A stretch of 64,000 bases of DNA from a bacterium (GCA_027448765.1 DAIDMV010000002.1:366-64365); one strand, 5' to 3'; counted from the stretch's first letter, positions 18,144 to 29,150 are shown. Translations and numbers: made by a program. Notes: generated by a model not told the origin, from the sequence alone.

Positions 18144-18924
18144 TTGAAATTGGACAATGGTCGGAGCCTAGGATATCAGAGTGGATTTGAGAGGTAATAA
18201 TTTTTTTAGATAGTCTTTGTGATGAAAGAAAATAATCGATTCTCCAACCAATATTACGTTGTCTAGCTTGGGCAAAATGACTCCACCAGGTATATTGATT
18301 GATTTCACTAGGATGTAATGATCGAAAGGTATCAATAAAACCCGATTCAATAAAATTATCTAAACCTTGTCTTTCTTGATCGGTAAAGCCTTTTTTACCT
18401 CGATTAGTTTTGGGATTAGCTAAATCGATTTCTTGGTGTGCTACATTAAAATCTCCACCAACTACAATTGGTTTTTTTTGGTCTAGTTGCCTTAAATAAT
18501 CTAAAAACAGAGGATCCCATTCCTTATATCTTAATTTTAGACGACTTAGATCATTCTTAGCGTTAGGCGTATAAACGCTAACTAAATAAAAATTTTTAAA
18601 TTCTGCCGTAATCACTCTTCCCTCTTGATTGGGGTTGCCATATAAATCAGTTTCAAAATGATTTTTAGTTATTAATTCTTCTGGTAAATTGTATGAGACT
18701 TTAATTGGTGGCTGCTTAGTTAAAATAGCCGTACCACTATAGCCAGCTTTTTCAGCTGGATTCAGAAAAACTTGATAGTCGGTTAAAAAATTAACCTGAT
18801 CTTTTTTGGCTTTAATTTCTTGCAAACAAATTATGTCAGGTTGAGTTTGATCTATAAATTTTGACCAGGCACCTTTATTGTAAACCGCTCTAATACCGTT
18901 AACATTCCAAGAAAAAATCTTCAT
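18127..18924 (-). CDS. xth: Exodeoxyribonuclease III
   Basis: 265 aa with MKIFSWNVNGIRA, LQEIK, GGDFNVAH and SDHCPI. Confidence 0.92.
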   Translation of the reverse strand: MKIFSWNVNGIRAVYNKGAWSKFIDQTQPDIICLQEIKAKKDQVNFLTDYQVFLNPAEKAGYSGTAILTKQPPIKVSYNLPEELITKNHFETDLYGNPNQEGRVITAEFKNFYLVSVYTPNAKNDLSRLKLRYKEWDPLFLDYLRQLDQKKPIVVGGDFNVAHQEIDLANPKTNRGKKGFTDQERQGLDNFIESGFIDTFRSLHPSEINQYTWWSHFAQARQRNIGWRIDYFLSSQRLSKKIITSQIHSDILGSDHCPISIELQN

Positions 18925-18993
18925 CTGTTTAATTATAAACTTTTCTGGTCACTATTTACAGATGATAAAAAAAACGGTAGTATTTTAATTTAG

Positions 18994-19713
18994 ATGTCTC
19001 AATCAAGTAGCAAAAGAATTTTACTTAAAATTTCTGGAGAACAATTAGCTGGTGATTTTGAGGGTGGTATTGATCCTAAAACTGGTTTATGGTTAGCTCA
19101 ACAACTAAAATTAGTTTTTGAGCATAATATTGAAATTGTGATTGTGGTGGGTGGAGGTAATTTTGCCAGAGGTTCTAGGTTAGCGGGTCATGGCATAAAA
19201 AGAGTCACCGCTGATCACATTGGCATGCTAGGTACGATGATGAATGCCTTAGCTTTAACAGATATTTTTGAAAATAACAATTTGCCAACTAGATGTTTGT
19301 CGAGTATTTTTGCCGAACAAGTAGCCGAACCTTTCATCCATCGTTTAGCTAATAAACATTTAGAAAAAGGTCGTATTGTGATTATTGCCGGCGGTATTGG
19401 TCGACCGTTTTTAACGACTGATACGGCAGCCGTTTCACTGGCCTTAGAATTAAATTGCCAAGTAGTTTTAAAGGCTACTAAAGTTAACGGAATTTTTGAT
19501 AAAGATCCTGAAAAATATCCCGAAGCCGTTAAAATTAATAAAATGACTTTTGCGCAGGCCGTTGAAGATCGTAACATTAAAGTTATGGATAAAGCTGCGC
19601 TTGGTTTAGCTATGGAATACAAATTGCCAATTATTGTGCTCGATGCTATGAAAGACCGGGCACTTTATAAAACTATTGTTACAGAATCAATTGAAGGAAC
19701 GATTGTTAGTTAA
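18994..19713 (+). CDS. pyrH: UMP kinase
   Basis: 239 aa with LKISGEQLAG, VVGGGNFARG and TTDTAA. Confidence 0.95.
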   Translation: MSQSSSKRILLKISGEQLAGDFEGGIDPKTGLWLAQQLKLVFEHNIEIVIVVGGGNFARGSRLAGHGIKRVTADHIGMLGTMMNALALTDIFENNNLPTRCLSSIFAEQVAEPFIHRLANKHLEKGRIVIIAGGIGRPFLTTDTAAVSLALELNCQVVLKATKVNGIFDKDPEKYPEAVKINKMTFAQAVEDRNIKVMDKAALGLAMEYKLPIIVLDAMKDRALYKTIVTESIEGTIVS

Positions 19714-19741
19714 TTTTTGAGATTTAAAATTGTAATTTATT

Positions 19742-19829
19742 TGGCGGAGAGAGAGGGATTCGAACCCTCGAGAGTGTTAACTCAACACGCTTTCCATGCG
19801 TGCGCCATAGGCCACTAGGCGACCTCTCC
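19742..19829 (-). tRNA. tRNA-Ser (anticodon GGA), type II, CCA encoded
   Basis: The reverse complement folds by hand. Acceptor GGAGAGG/TCTCTCC, anticodon stem CACGC/GCGTG with loop AUGGAAA, long variable arm, T arm GAGGG-TTCGAAT-CCCTC, then GCCA. Confidence 0.9.
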
Positions 19830-19867
19830 AATCAAATTATTATAGCTAATTCATGCCTGAAATTAAA

Positions 19868-20488
19868 CTAAATATATCTCTTATAATAATACCAAAAATG
19901 CTTTAAGATTAAAGCTGCAATGATTAGTAGCCATAATATAAGAATGTCGAGATGGTGTTTGGTGATGAAAACTTTAAGATGATTAAAAAAATTATTATTT
20001 GGTAAATTAATATAACCATTTTCAATGTTGTAAAGTGTTATATACCAAAAGGTTGTAATTGTGGTGACCCAAACGATCATACAATACGGACAAAGAGCAT
20101 TAATATGATAGACGCTTTCATAAAAAAGCCAGTGAACAAAAACTACACCAAACAAGGCACCAGCTTCTAGACCGAGCCAAAACCATCTTTTAACAATAGT
20201 ACCAACTTTCATAATAACGCCAATGGTTAGCAAGATTGCAAAAGCCGCTAAACCAAGAATTGGATTGGAAAAACCAAAAACTGCCGCTTCTTTGGTTTGC
20301 ATGACGTTACCACAACTAATAATAGGATCAATATTACAATTTAATTGGTAGTGTGGATTTTTTAATAAATGAATTTCATCCGTAATTAAAGTGAAAGCAC
20401 AATAAAGTCCAATTAGACCACCAATAATTAAAATATAAGGTAGAATTCTAGCAAATTTAGTAGCTTTTTGTTTAACGACTTTTTCCAT
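19868..20488 (-). CDS. Vitamin K epoxide reductase (VKOR)-family membrane protein
   Basis: 206 aa, polytopic, with the loop Cys pair CNIDPIISC and the CPYC redox motif. Confidence 0.8.
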   Translation of the reverse strand: MEKVVKQKATKFARILPYILIIGGLIGLYCAFTLITDEIHLLKNPHYQLNCNIDPIISCGNVMQTKEAAVFGFSNPILGLAAFAILLTIGVIMKVGTIVKRWFWLGLEAGALFGVVFVHWLFYESVYHINALCPYCMIVWVTTITTFWYITLYNIENGYINLPNNNFFNHLKVFITKHHLDILILWLLIIAALILKHFWYYYKRYI

Positions 20489-20515
20489 TCTTAAGCATTA
20501 TTATATCAATTTTGA

Positions 20516-21685
20516 TTAGTCAGCACAACCACCTGTGCTGACTAGTTTTTGATTATTTTTATTGTGGTTAAAATAACTTATGACTTTATTGGCTGTTAAA
20601 GCATAACCAATATGATAATAGGTAGTTGATTGAGCGAAAACAATTCCCATCACTTGACCTGTTTGATTAATTAATGGACCACCAGAATTACCTGGAATAA
20701 CTTTAGCGTGTATTTCGTAGATTGAGCGAGTGGTAGTATTGTTGCCGTAAATATTTTGTCCAGTTGCCATTAGTTGATTAAGTATTGAGGCGCCAACAAC
20801 TGTCAGATTGCCGCCACCTGGATAACCTAAAACAGCACCAGGAGTTCCATCGGCAAAAATATTGGATGATAAAGTTAGAGCTTTTAGCCGAAGATTACTA
20901 ACTCTTAAAAGTGCTAAATCAAAATTTGGGTTGAAATAAACAGTTCTAGCTTCAAGTGTTTGTCCAGATAAAGTAGTAATATATGGATGAAGAATACCGG
21001 CTACGACATGAGCATTGGTCATAATTAAATTTTTTTGAACTACGAAACCCGAACCTTCTACAATACCACCACATCCCTGTCCAACAATTTTCACTACTGA
21101 AGGCTCATCAGCTGAAATAGCCGGTTTAAAATTTTTTAAATTCGGAATTGGTATGTTTTTAGTTAGGGTTGGTTCACCCTGTAAGAACACTTGAGGAATT
21201 CCGTTAGGATCAATAATATGGCCCAGATCAGCTATGATTGCTGGTGCTGGTGGTAGATGACGGTTTAAATATGAAATAATTTTTGAATTATTAAGATCAA
21301 TTTGAAGTTGTGGAATAGAAAAGGAATTTAACAAGGCTACACCTAACCAAATTGCTAAAAGAACGGTAATAATACTCATTAAAGAACCCAAAATTCCGTC
21401 TAGAAAATTAATTTTAATAATTAATAATTTTCGTTTAATTTTAATAGCATAATGTTCTAAAATTGTGACACCAATAAAAGCTAGACCTAAAGTTGTCAAA
21501 AGAGCAATAAATGATCTTTCGAAGGAAGTATGAGCAAATTCGATCGTAAATCTTTCTAGATAAGCACCTAATAATAAACCACCAACAAAACCAACGGTTG
21601 AAAAAAATTGTCGTACAAAACCAATATTATAGCCTCTAATTAAGCTAATGATTAAAACAATAATGATGATAATATCTATTAACAT
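20516..21685 (-). CDS. CvpA-family membrane domain fused to a trypsin-like (S1C) serine protease
   Basis: 389 aa with 4 N-terminal TM helices. The protease domain has TNAHVV (His), DLALLRV (Asp) and GNSGGPL (Ser), an architecture like MarP-type proteases. Confidence 0.85.
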   Translation of the reverse strand: MLIDIIIIIVLIISLIRGYNIGFVRQFFSTVGFVGGLLLGAYLERFTIEFAHTSFERSFIALLTTLGLAFIGVTILEHYAIKIKRKLLIIKINFLDGILGSLMSIITVLLAIWLGVALLNSFSIPQLQIDLNNSKIISYLNRHLPPAPAIIADLGHIIDPNGIPQVFLQGEPTLTKNIPIPNLKNFKPAISADEPSVVKIVGQGCGGIVEGSGFVVQKNLIMTNAHVVAGILHPYITTLSGQTLEARTVYFNPNFDLALLRVSNLRLKALTLSSNIFADGTPGAVLGYPGGGNLTVVGASILNQLMATGQNIYGNNTTTRSIYEIHAKVIPGNSGGPLINQTGQVMGIVFAQSTTYYHIGYALTANKVISYFNHNKNNQKLVSTGGCAD

Positions 21686-23055
21686 AGGATTTCTTGCTTA
21701 GCTTGTCCTTTGGGGTATTGCTTTAAATTTTCTGGATGATTTTGCCAATAATCTATGATTGGTTGTAAAATCCGCCAGCTATCAATAATTTCATTAGAAG
21801 TCGCAAACAGATTATTGTCTCCTCTGAACGAATCTAGTAAAACTTTTTCGTATGGGTCTGGTTGATAATGATGAGAAAATGAGTTTTTGTAACTAAAATC
21901 CATAGTAGTAGTTTGGATTTTCTGATCTAAGCCGGGTTTTTTAACAGATAGACAAATATCTATGCCTTCATTAGGCTGTAGCCTAAAAGTAAGTTGATTA
22001 GTATGTTGTTCGTTAACGGCTGAAAAGTTGATAATTATTTCTGATTTTTTTTCGTTTAAAGCTTTACCAGTAGTTAATCTGATTGGTACGCCTTTCCAGA
22101 TGCTATTTTGAATTTCAAGTTGAATCGAAGCAAAGGTTTCGGTGGTTGAATTAGGATTATTGACCTCTTGTTTATAACCCTCGTATTGTGCTCGAAAGGT
22201 ATTAGTGGCTAATGTTTTTTCGTTATTCATTGGTTGAATATTAGCTAGTAGGCTATGTCGAGCTAAATGAATACTGTCATTATTTTTAAGATCAGTTGGT
22301 AATGTCATGGTCGTAACGGTTAACAATTGAAAAAGATGACTTTGAATTTGATCTCTTAAGGCGCCAGTGTGTTCATAAAAATCGACTCGATCTTCAATGT
22401 CGATAGACTCTAAGGTATTGATTTCAATGCTAGCGATATGTTGGTTATTCCAAGCTGTTTGAAATAAGGGATTATAACGTCGAAAAATTAAAATATTTTG
22501 AACGGTTTCTTTAGCTAGATAATGATCAATTCGAAAAATTTGCTGATCGGCAAAATATTGATTAGTTAATCTGATCAGTTGTTGAGCACTAGTTAGATCG
22601 TAGCCAAATGGTTTTTCGACTAGTAGTCTAGTTTGAACAGAATCATTAAATTGGTTTAATTGATTTGAACCCAGTTTAGTAATAATAGTTCCAAAAATTT
22701 CTGGTGGAATTGATAAATAGAATAATAAATGAAGTTTCAATGATTGATCTTGAACGATAATTTGGAGTTTTTGGTAAAGATTTTTATAAGCTTGATCATC
22801 ACTAGAATCAAACTGTTGGACTTCGAAAATTTTTTTGAAATCATTGTATTGTGATTGGTTGTCTTGAGGAACATCACTGTTAAGAAAAATTTGATCAATT
22901 TGAATTTCTCTTCTCGATAAACCAATAATTTTAAAATTTTTTGGTAATAGATTGTTACTATACAGGGCATAAAGAGCTGGTAAGACTTTTTTTTGAGCTA
23001 AATTGCCACTGATGCCAAAGATAATTAAAATGGTCATTGAGTTGGAATCATTCAT
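21679..23055 (-). CDS. zwf: Glucose-6-phosphate dehydrogenase
   Basis: 458 aa with the IFGISGNLA dinucleotide fold, VEKPFG and RIDHYLAKE. Confidence 0.95.
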   Translation of the reverse strand: MNDSNSMTILIIFGISGNLAQKKVLPALYALYSNNLLPKNFKIIGLSRREIQIDQIFLNSDVPQDNQSQYNDFKKIFEVQQFDSSDDQAYKNLYQKLQIIVQDQSLKLHLLFYLSIPPEIFGTIITKLGSNQLNQFNDSVQTRLLVEKPFGYDLTSAQQLIRLTNQYFADQQIFRIDHYLAKETVQNILIFRRYNPLFQTAWNNQHIASIEINTLESIDIEDRVDFYEHTGALRDQIQSHLFQLLTVTTMTLPTDLKNNDSIHLARHSLLANIQPMNNEKTLATNTFRAQYEGYKQEVNNPNSTTETFASIQLEIQNSIWKGVPIRLTTGKALNEKKSEIIINFSAVNEQHTNQLTFRLQPNEGIDICLSVKKPGLDQKIQTTTMDFSYKNSFSHHYQPDPYEKVLLDSFRGDNNLFATSNEIIDSWRILQPIIDYWQNHPENLKQYPKGQAKQEILC

Positions 23056-23056
23056 T

Positions 23057-23965
23057 TTATTTATTTAAATCATGTCCACCAAATTTGTTTCTCATAGCCG
23101 CTAAAAGTTTGGTAGCAAAATTAATTTGTCCGTGTTGAGATTCGACTCTAATGTCGAAAGATTTTTGAATCACTGGCATTGGTAGATTGATTTCATCGGC
23201 TGTTTCAAGTGCCCATTTCGCTTCACCGCTTTCGTGAACAAAACCATCAATACCATCAAGTTCAGGGTTGTCGTTAAAAATTTCTAAACAGAGTGAATTG
23301 AGCCAAGATGTAATCACGCTGTGATGTTGCCAAACTTCAGCCGCATCTTTTAGATTTATTTCTTTAAATGGGCCATTTTTAAGTAAATTATAGCCTTCAG
23401 CTAAACTTTCCATCATGCCGTATTCGATAGCATTATGGGTCATTTTAACAAAGTGGCCGGTGCCATTTTGACCAAAATATTTATAGTCACCTTCCGGTTT
23501 AGCCAGACTTTTAACGATTGGTTCGATTAATTCAAAATTTGCTCGTTGATTGGCTCCGATCATCATTGAAAAACCATTTTTGTAACCGTGAATACCACCA
23601 CTAGTTCCAATATCAATCAGATTATGGCCTAGTGATTCAACCATTTGAGCTCTTTTGATTGTTTGACGGTAATCTGAATTACCACCATCGATAATTAGAC
23701 TATTTTTTGGTAAAAATTGATCCCATTGATTGATTTGTTCATCAACAATTTCAGCTGGAAGCATAATCCATAAAATGATTGGTTCTTGATGACCAAATAA
23801 CTCAATAGCTTGTTTTTTATGTTGAGTAATACTAGCCCCAAGTTCTTGAGCCTTTTGAAGTGGTTCTAAACTTCGATTGATAGCAATAACTTGATGATTA
23901 TCTTCGCATAATTTTTGGACTATTTGGTAACCCATTTTGCCTAAGCCTTGGACAATAATTTTCAT
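23057..23965 (-). CDS. gnd: 6-phosphogluconate dehydrogenase, short (about 300 aa) form
   Basis: 302 aa with the GLGKMG Rossmann motif, GTSGG and HFVKMTHNAIEYG. Confidence 0.9.
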   Translation of the reverse strand: MKIIVQGLGKMGYQIVQKLCEDNHQVIAINRSLEPLQKAQELGASITQHKKQAIELFGHQEPIILWIMLPAEIVDEQINQWDQFLPKNSLIIDGGNSDYRQTIKRAQMVESLGHNLIDIGTSGGIHGYKNGFSMMIGANQRANFELIEPIVKSLAKPEGDYKYFGQNGTGHFVKMTHNAIEYGMMESLAEGYNLLKNGPFKEINLKDAAEVWQHHSVITSWLNSLCLEIFNDNPELDGIDGFVHESGEAKWALETADEINLPMPVIQKSFDIRVESQHGQINFATKLLAAMRNKFGGHDLNK

Positions 23966-24642
23966 GAAATATTAACTCCTATCCATTTATTATATACAAA
24001 AACCTGATTTAATTCATTTAAATAATTAGCTGGAAAATTATTTATATCATTAGAATTAGATTGATGTAGTTGTTTAATAATAGTTTCTTTAGAATCATCT
24101 AAAGCCACTAGATTGATTTGATCAAAACTTTTAAATGAAGTTAGATTGAAAGTAATTCTAGTAAAAGGTTGAGAGTTATAAGCACTAATAGTTTTTGGGG
24201 TTTGAATGGCTGGTGATTTAGGTAGTATGCCGGCAATATGTCCGTCTAGTCCTAAGCCAATTTGAACAATAGTTGTTGATTGTTGATTGATTGAGATAAT
24301 TTTTTTATTAAAATTTTTAACAGTTTCTTCAAGGGACAGATTGTTAGGATCTAAAATACTAATTAATCTAGCTTTTTTGGCTTGGAAATTGGCTTGAAGT
24401 AATTGAAAAAAATTTGAATCAGGATGATTGAAACGACCATATCTTTCGTCAACTAAACTAATGGTTAATTTAGCACTTAAATCGCTTGGTATTTGTTCCA
24501 TGATAGCTACTTCTAAATCGATGTTAGATCCACCCGACAATAACCATAAAGTTGAATCGTTTTGTTTTAATGCTGTTATTAAGCTTTGAGAAATATTATC
24601 AATAACCTGACGACTATTGTTGATTAAGTAATATTGAATCAT
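23962..24642 (-). CDS. pgl: 6-phosphogluconolactonase
   Basis: LSGGS and GLGLDGHIAGILP motifs. The track ORF extends to 24690, but ATG at 24642 (MIQYY...) abuts the upstream stop at 24644 and removes a 47-nt overlap. Confidence 0.8.
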   Translation of the reverse strand: MIQYYLINNSRQVIDNISQSLITALKQNDSTLWLLSGGSNIDLEVAIMEQIPSDLSAKLTISLVDERYGRFNHPDSNFFQLLQANFQAKKARLISILDPNNLSLEETVKNFNKKIISINQQSTTIVQIGLGLDGHIAGILPKSPAIQTPKTISAYNSQPFTRITFNLTSFKSFDQINLVALDDSKETIIKQLHQSNSNDINNFPANYLNELNQVFVYNKWIGVNIS

Positions 24643-24643
24643 A

Positions 24644-25378
24644 TTAATTTCTAAGTTCGATTTTAATAAACCCTTCAGCAAAATCGACACCTATATTTTG
24701 ACCAATTGTAGCGGCATTAGCTTTGAGCCAGACTGAAACTTGATCAATATTATCGATTTGGCTACGATGTTGTTCCAAAGCTTTAATTTTAAGATCAATG
24801 GTTGTCGTGATGTCGACGATAAAATTTTGTTGATTAAAATTGGTTAACAGAATTGTTTTAGTTTTATGTGGCATAAATCCAGCTGCAAAAAGTTCGGGAT
24901 ATGCTAAATGATCTCGAGCGAAAGGATAAATACAATCCAGAGCTGCTTGACCAGCTACTCGATGGTCAGGATGATTAATTGAGCCTCTTTGACTAGAGTA
25001 TAAGACACTGGGGTCCATTGTAATAATTGTATCTGGTTTGACCGTTCTAATAATTTTAATGATATCTTTTTTGAGATCATCATTATTGACCAGATGTCCA
25101 TCGGGGTAATTTAAAAAATAAACTTCTTTACCACCTAGTATGTTGAGTGCGTTTTTTTGTTCTTGTTTTCTAGTTTGAGACAAATCTTGTCGTTTTAGTT
25201 TGGTGTCAGTGGTTCCCTGGCCACCATCAGATAAGATTAAATAGTGAATTTCGGCACCTTGCGAAGCATAATAAGCCATAGTGCCGGCTGCTGAAAAATC
25301 TAAATCATCTGGATGGGCTGCAATGCCTAAAATGATTTGTGGTTTAATTGTGTCTTTGGTTGTATAGTTTTTTGTCAT
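24644..25378 (-). CDS. PIG-L/LmbE-family deacetylase
   Basis: 244 aa with AAHPDDLDF and HPDH zinc-ligand motifs. Confidence 0.85.
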   Translation of the reverse strand: MTKNYTTKDTIKPQIILGIAAHPDDLDFSAAGTMAYYASQGAEIHYLILSDGGQGTTDTKLKRQDLSQTRKQEQKNALNILGGKEVYFLNYPDGHLVNNDDLKKDIIKIIRTVKPDTIITMDPSVLYSSQRGSINHPDHRVAGQAALDCIYPFARDHLAYPELFAAGFMPHKTKTILLTNFNQQNFIVDITTTIDLKIKALEQHRSQIDNIDQVSVWLKANAATIGQNIGVDFAEGFIKIELRN

Positions 25379-25502
25379 GGTGTTATTTTAACAAAATAAA
25401 TTAATAATTGCTGAGTAAATTGAACATAGTTTTTTTATCTGAATTAAAAACTTGGGGTTTATTTTTAGATCTTAAAGTTTGTTTTAAGCTTATCGATAGA
25501 TT

Positions 25503-26192
25503 ATGATAAGTACAATGAGTTCTATGATTAAGTTTAATTATGTTAGTAAAATTTATGGCAAAAGACCTAATGATTTTGTGGCCATTGATGATATAAGCCT
25601 CGAAGTTGAAGCTGGTGAGAGTTTAGCTGTAGTCGGTAAATCTGGTTCCGGAAAATCAACTTTGGTTCATTTGATGGCTTTACTGGATCGTCCAACTAAA
25701 GGCGAGATTTTTATAAATAATAAAAACAGCACTAAATTGCCTAGTAAAAAAATTGATGGTTTAAGAAATAAAAATTTTGGCTTCGTTTTTCAGCAATTTT
25801 TTTTAAATCCTCAAGATTCAGTTATGTCTAACGTGGTTTTACCTTTAATGATTGGTGGAATTAGTCGTTCAGAAAGAAATAAAAGAGGTATTGCAGCCTT
25901 AGAAGATGTTGATTTATTGGAAAAAAGTCATGAAAAAGCCGTTAATTTAAGTGGTGGTCAAAAACAACGATTATGTATAGCCAGGGCTTTAATTAATCAA
26001 CCAACTGTTATATTTGCCGACGAACCAACAGGTAATCTTGATTCTGTTAACGGAAAAATGGTTGAAGACCTTTTATTTCGTTTAAATAAAGAAAAGAAAA
26101 TTACACTTATTATTGTTACTCATGATGAAGACTTGGCTAAAAAGTGTCAGCGAAAAATTAATATTCAAGACGGAAAATTGGTGAAAAAATAA
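25503..26192 (+). CDS. ABC transporter ATP-binding protein (MacB/LolD-like)
   Basis: Walker A GKSGSGKST, signature LSGGQKQR, Walker B IFADEPTGNLD. Confidence 0.92.
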   Translation: MISTMSSMIKFNYVSKIYGKRPNDFVAIDDISLEVEAGESLAVVGKSGSGKSTLVHLMALLDRPTKGEIFINNKNSTKLPSKKIDGLRNKNFGFVFQQFFLNPQDSVMSNVVLPLMIGGISRSERNKRGIAALEDVDLLEKSHEKAVNLSGGQKQRLCIARALINQPTVIFADEPTGNLDSVNGKMVEDLLFRLNKEKKITLIIVTHDEDLAKKCQRKINIQDGKLVKK

Positions 26193-26193
26193 T

Positions 26194-27495
26194 ATGAAAT
26201 TATTTGATTTATTAGTTATGGCCAACTCTAGCTTATGGCATAATAAGCTTAGAACCTTTTTAACTGTTTTAGCGATTTTTATTGGGGCTACTACTTTAAG
26301 TTTAACTAATGGTATTGGTTCTGGAGTTAAGACTTATATAAACTCTCAGATTTCTAATTTGGGTAACCCGTATTCATTAACTATTACTGCTAATAAAAAA
26401 TCAGCACATAAATTCGGAGCAAGTTCGAGTAATGGTCTAACTGTTTATAATCCAAACCAACGAAAAATTCTTGGGTCTTTTGGTCAAAGTTCAGTTGCTT
26501 TAACTAACCAAGATATAGCAAAAATTGCATCAATTAAAAACATTCAACTAGTCAATCCGGTTTATAGTATTTCACCTGATTATATTCAACATGCCAATAG
26601 TCAGAAATATAGTTTTTTGGTTGCTCAATCCTTCGGTAATCTTAAGCTTGATTTAGTTCGGGGCCAGAATGTTAATAACAGTATTAATCAACCTCAAATT
26701 ACAATCCCTGTTAATGATATCTCTAATCTTGATTTGGGAAGTTCTAGTCAAGCTATTGGCCAAAAGGTCCAAATTGCAATTTCTAACAATTTAGGTCAAA
26801 AATCAGTCTTTAGTGCCACTATTGTTGGAGTTCAACAAACTACTTTAATTGGCTCAACTCAGATTTATGTCAATAATTATCTAGCTACGCAGTTACAAAA
26901 TTATCAACAAGAAGGCTTGCCAACTTATAGCCAAAATGTTTATAAATCATTAGAAGCGATTTATCCATCTAATTTATCAACTAAACAACTTAATCAATTA
27001 ATTAGTACCTTAAATCAAGACGGCTATAAGGCTCAAACTATTCAAAATAGAGTTCAAACTGTTTTTACGGTCATTAATTCGGCAACTGATGTCTTAGATT
27101 TTTTTGCTATTATCACCTTAGTTGCAGCTTCTTTTGGCATCATTAATACGTTATTAATGTCAGTTCAAGAAAGAACCAGAGAGATTGGTCTAATGAAAGC
27201 TTTGGGCTTAAGTCGATCAAAAATTTTTACATTATTTAGTATTGAAGCAGCTTTGATTGGATTTTGGGGTAGTTTTCTGGGTATTTTGTTCGCTAATTTG
27301 ATTGGCAGTATAGTTAATAAAATAGTTTCTAATGGTTTTTTGAAATCGTTCCCTGGCTTAAATTTATTTACTTTCCCAGCCCAGTCTTCGATTATTATAA
27401 TTATCGTGATTATTGTGGTAGCATTTTTGGCCGGAACATTACCAGCTAGACGAGCTGCTAACAAGGATGCAATTGAAGCTCTTAGGTATGAATAG
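26194..27495 (+). CDS. ABC transporter permease, FtsX/MacB-type
   Basis: 433 aa. One N-terminal TM, a large extracytoplasmic domain, and three C-terminal TM helices (FtsX topology). 1-nt gap from the ATPase gene. Confidence 0.85.
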   Translation: MKLFDLLVMANSSLWHNKLRTFLTVLAIFIGATTLSLTNGIGSGVKTYINSQISNLGNPYSLTITANKKSAHKFGASSSNGLTVYNPNQRKILGSFGQSSVALTNQDIAKIASIKNIQLVNPVYSISPDYIQHANSQKYSFLVAQSFGNLKLDLVRGQNVNNSINQPQITIPVNDISNLDLGSSSQAIGQKVQIAISNNLGQKSVFSATIVGVQQTTLIGSTQIYVNNYLATQLQNYQQEGLPTYSQNVYKSLEAIYPSNLSTKQLNQLISTLNQDGYKAQTIQNRVQTVFTVINSATDVLDFFAIITLVAASFGIINTLLMSVQERTREIGLMKALGLSRSKIFTLFSIEAALIGFWGSFLGILFANLIGSIVNKIVSNGFLKSFPGLNLFTFPAQSSIIIIIVIIVVAFLAGTLPARRAANKDAIEALRYE

Positions 27496-27538
27496 ATAAT
27501 TTGTTGATGCTAACAAGCAAAAGCTTTATTATGATAAT

Positions 27539-29122
27539 ATGAGTCAGTTAATCGATAGTAATGCTTGGCAAAATTTAATTAATCTGCAAGATAAATATCA
27601 AAAAACATCAATTAAAGATTTGTTTGATAATGATCCTGATCGGGCAAATCGTTATAGTTTTCAACTAGATGATTTAATGATTGATTTGTCTAAGAATTTA
27701 ATCAATCAAGAAATTGTTGATAATTTAATAAAATTAGCTGAATCGGCTAATTTAAGTCAATCGATAGAATCATTTTTTAAAGGTGATAAATTAAATTATA
27801 CTGAAAACCGTCCAGCTCTTCATTTTTTATTGCGTGATCTCAGTCAATCACCTTTTATCTTAGACGGTCTTGATTTAAAACTAAAAGTTAATCAAGTTCT
27901 TGATCGAATGAAAGATTTCAGTCAAAAAATTAATCAATCTGAATTATTTGGCTGTAGCGGTAAGGTTATAAAGAATATTGTTAATATCGGTATTGGCGGC
28001 TCTGATCTTGGACCAGAAAGCGTTTATTTGGCTTTAAGTGATTATGCTAACCCTCGTTTAGTAATAAGATTTATTTCTAATATTGATTATGATAATTTTT
28101 ATACTGTATTAAAAGATTTAGATCCAGCCGAGACAATCTTTTTGATTTCGTCAAAAACTTTTTCAACCGACGAAACCATCGCCAATGCTTTATCGGCTAA
28201 AGCTTGGTTGAGTCAGGCGCTAGGGCCAGATTCTTTTAAGGATCATCTTTTCGCCATTACGGCTAATCCTGATCAAGCCCACCAATTTGGTATATCGACT
28301 GATCATATTTTCGAATTTTGGGATTGGGTTGGTGGACGTTATTCGGTTTGTTCAGCGATAGGTTTAATTATTATGATCAGTATTGGCTGGTCAAATTTTC
28401 ATGAATTTTTAACTGGATTTTATCAAGTTGATCAACACTTTAAAACTACTCCCCTTGTTACCAATGTACCTGTTCTATTGGCTTTAATTAGTATTTGGTA
28501 TCATAATTTTTGGAATTATCGAACTGAAGCTATAATTCCGTATAGTTATCATTTGAGCTTATTACCAGCTTATTTACAACAAGCTGTCATGGAAAGTAAC
28601 GGAAAAAATGTTAATAAAAATGGACAAGTCGTCGACTATTTAACTTCCCCGGTTGTTTGGGGTCAATCTGGTACTAATGCTCAGCATGCTTTTTTTCAAC
28701 TTTATCATCAAGGTACGGAAATTGTACCAGTTGATTTTATTGGTTTTATGTCTTCGACTTATGACGATTCTAAACACCGCAGCAAACTCTTAGCCAATAT
28801 GTTGGCTCAAGCTCAAGCTTTGGCTTTTGGACGAACCGATCAAGTTACAGATATGAATCGTCAGTTTTTTGGTAATCGACCGAGTAATATATTTTTAGCT
28901 AAATCTTTAAGCCCTAAAGCCTTGGGACAGATCATTGGACTTTATGAAGCTAAAATATTTTGTCAAGGTATTATTTGGCAAATTAATTCATTTGATCAAT
29001 ATGGAGTTGAACTTGGTAAGGTATTAGCTGGTCAAATAGAAAATGGACTTAATGCATCAAATCATCATTTTGATTTTGATTCTTCAACTAATTTGTTGCT
29101 TAATTATATACAAAAAAAATAA
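27539..29122 (+). CDS. pgi: Glucose-6-phosphate isomerase
   Basis: 527 aa with IGIGGSDLGP, SKTFST.ET and MESNGK. Confidence 0.95.
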   Translation: MSQLIDSNAWQNLINLQDKYQKTSIKDLFDNDPDRANRYSFQLDDLMIDLSKNLINQEIVDNLIKLAESANLSQSIESFFKGDKLNYTENRPALHFLLRDLSQSPFILDGLDLKLKVNQVLDRMKDFSQKINQSELFGCSGKVIKNIVNIGIGGSDLGPESVYLALSDYANPRLVIRFISNIDYDNFYTVLKDLDPAETIFLISSKTFSTDETIANALSAKAWLSQALGPDSFKDHLFAITANPDQAHQFGISTDHIFEFWDWVGGRYSVCSAIGLIIMISIGWSNFHEFLTGFYQVDQHFKTTPLVTNVPVLLALISIWYHNFWNYRTEAIIPYSYHLSLLPAYLQQAVMESNGKNVNKNGQVVDYLTSPVVWGQSGTNAQHAFFQLYHQGTEIVPVDFIGFMSSTYDDSKHRSKLLANMLAQAQALAFGRTDQVTDMNRQFFGNRPSNIFLAKSLSPKALGQIIGLYEAKIFCQGIIWQINSFDQYGVELGKVLAGQIENGLNASNHHFDFDSSTNLLLNYIQKK

Positions 29123-29150
29123 ACCGGAATATAAAATCCGGTTTATTATA
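29121..29150 (+). terminator. Rho-independent terminator of pgi
   Basis: AAACCGGA (29121-29128) pairs with TCCGGTTT (29137-29144) around an 8-nt loop, followed by the T-rich ATTATATTT. Confidence 0.75.
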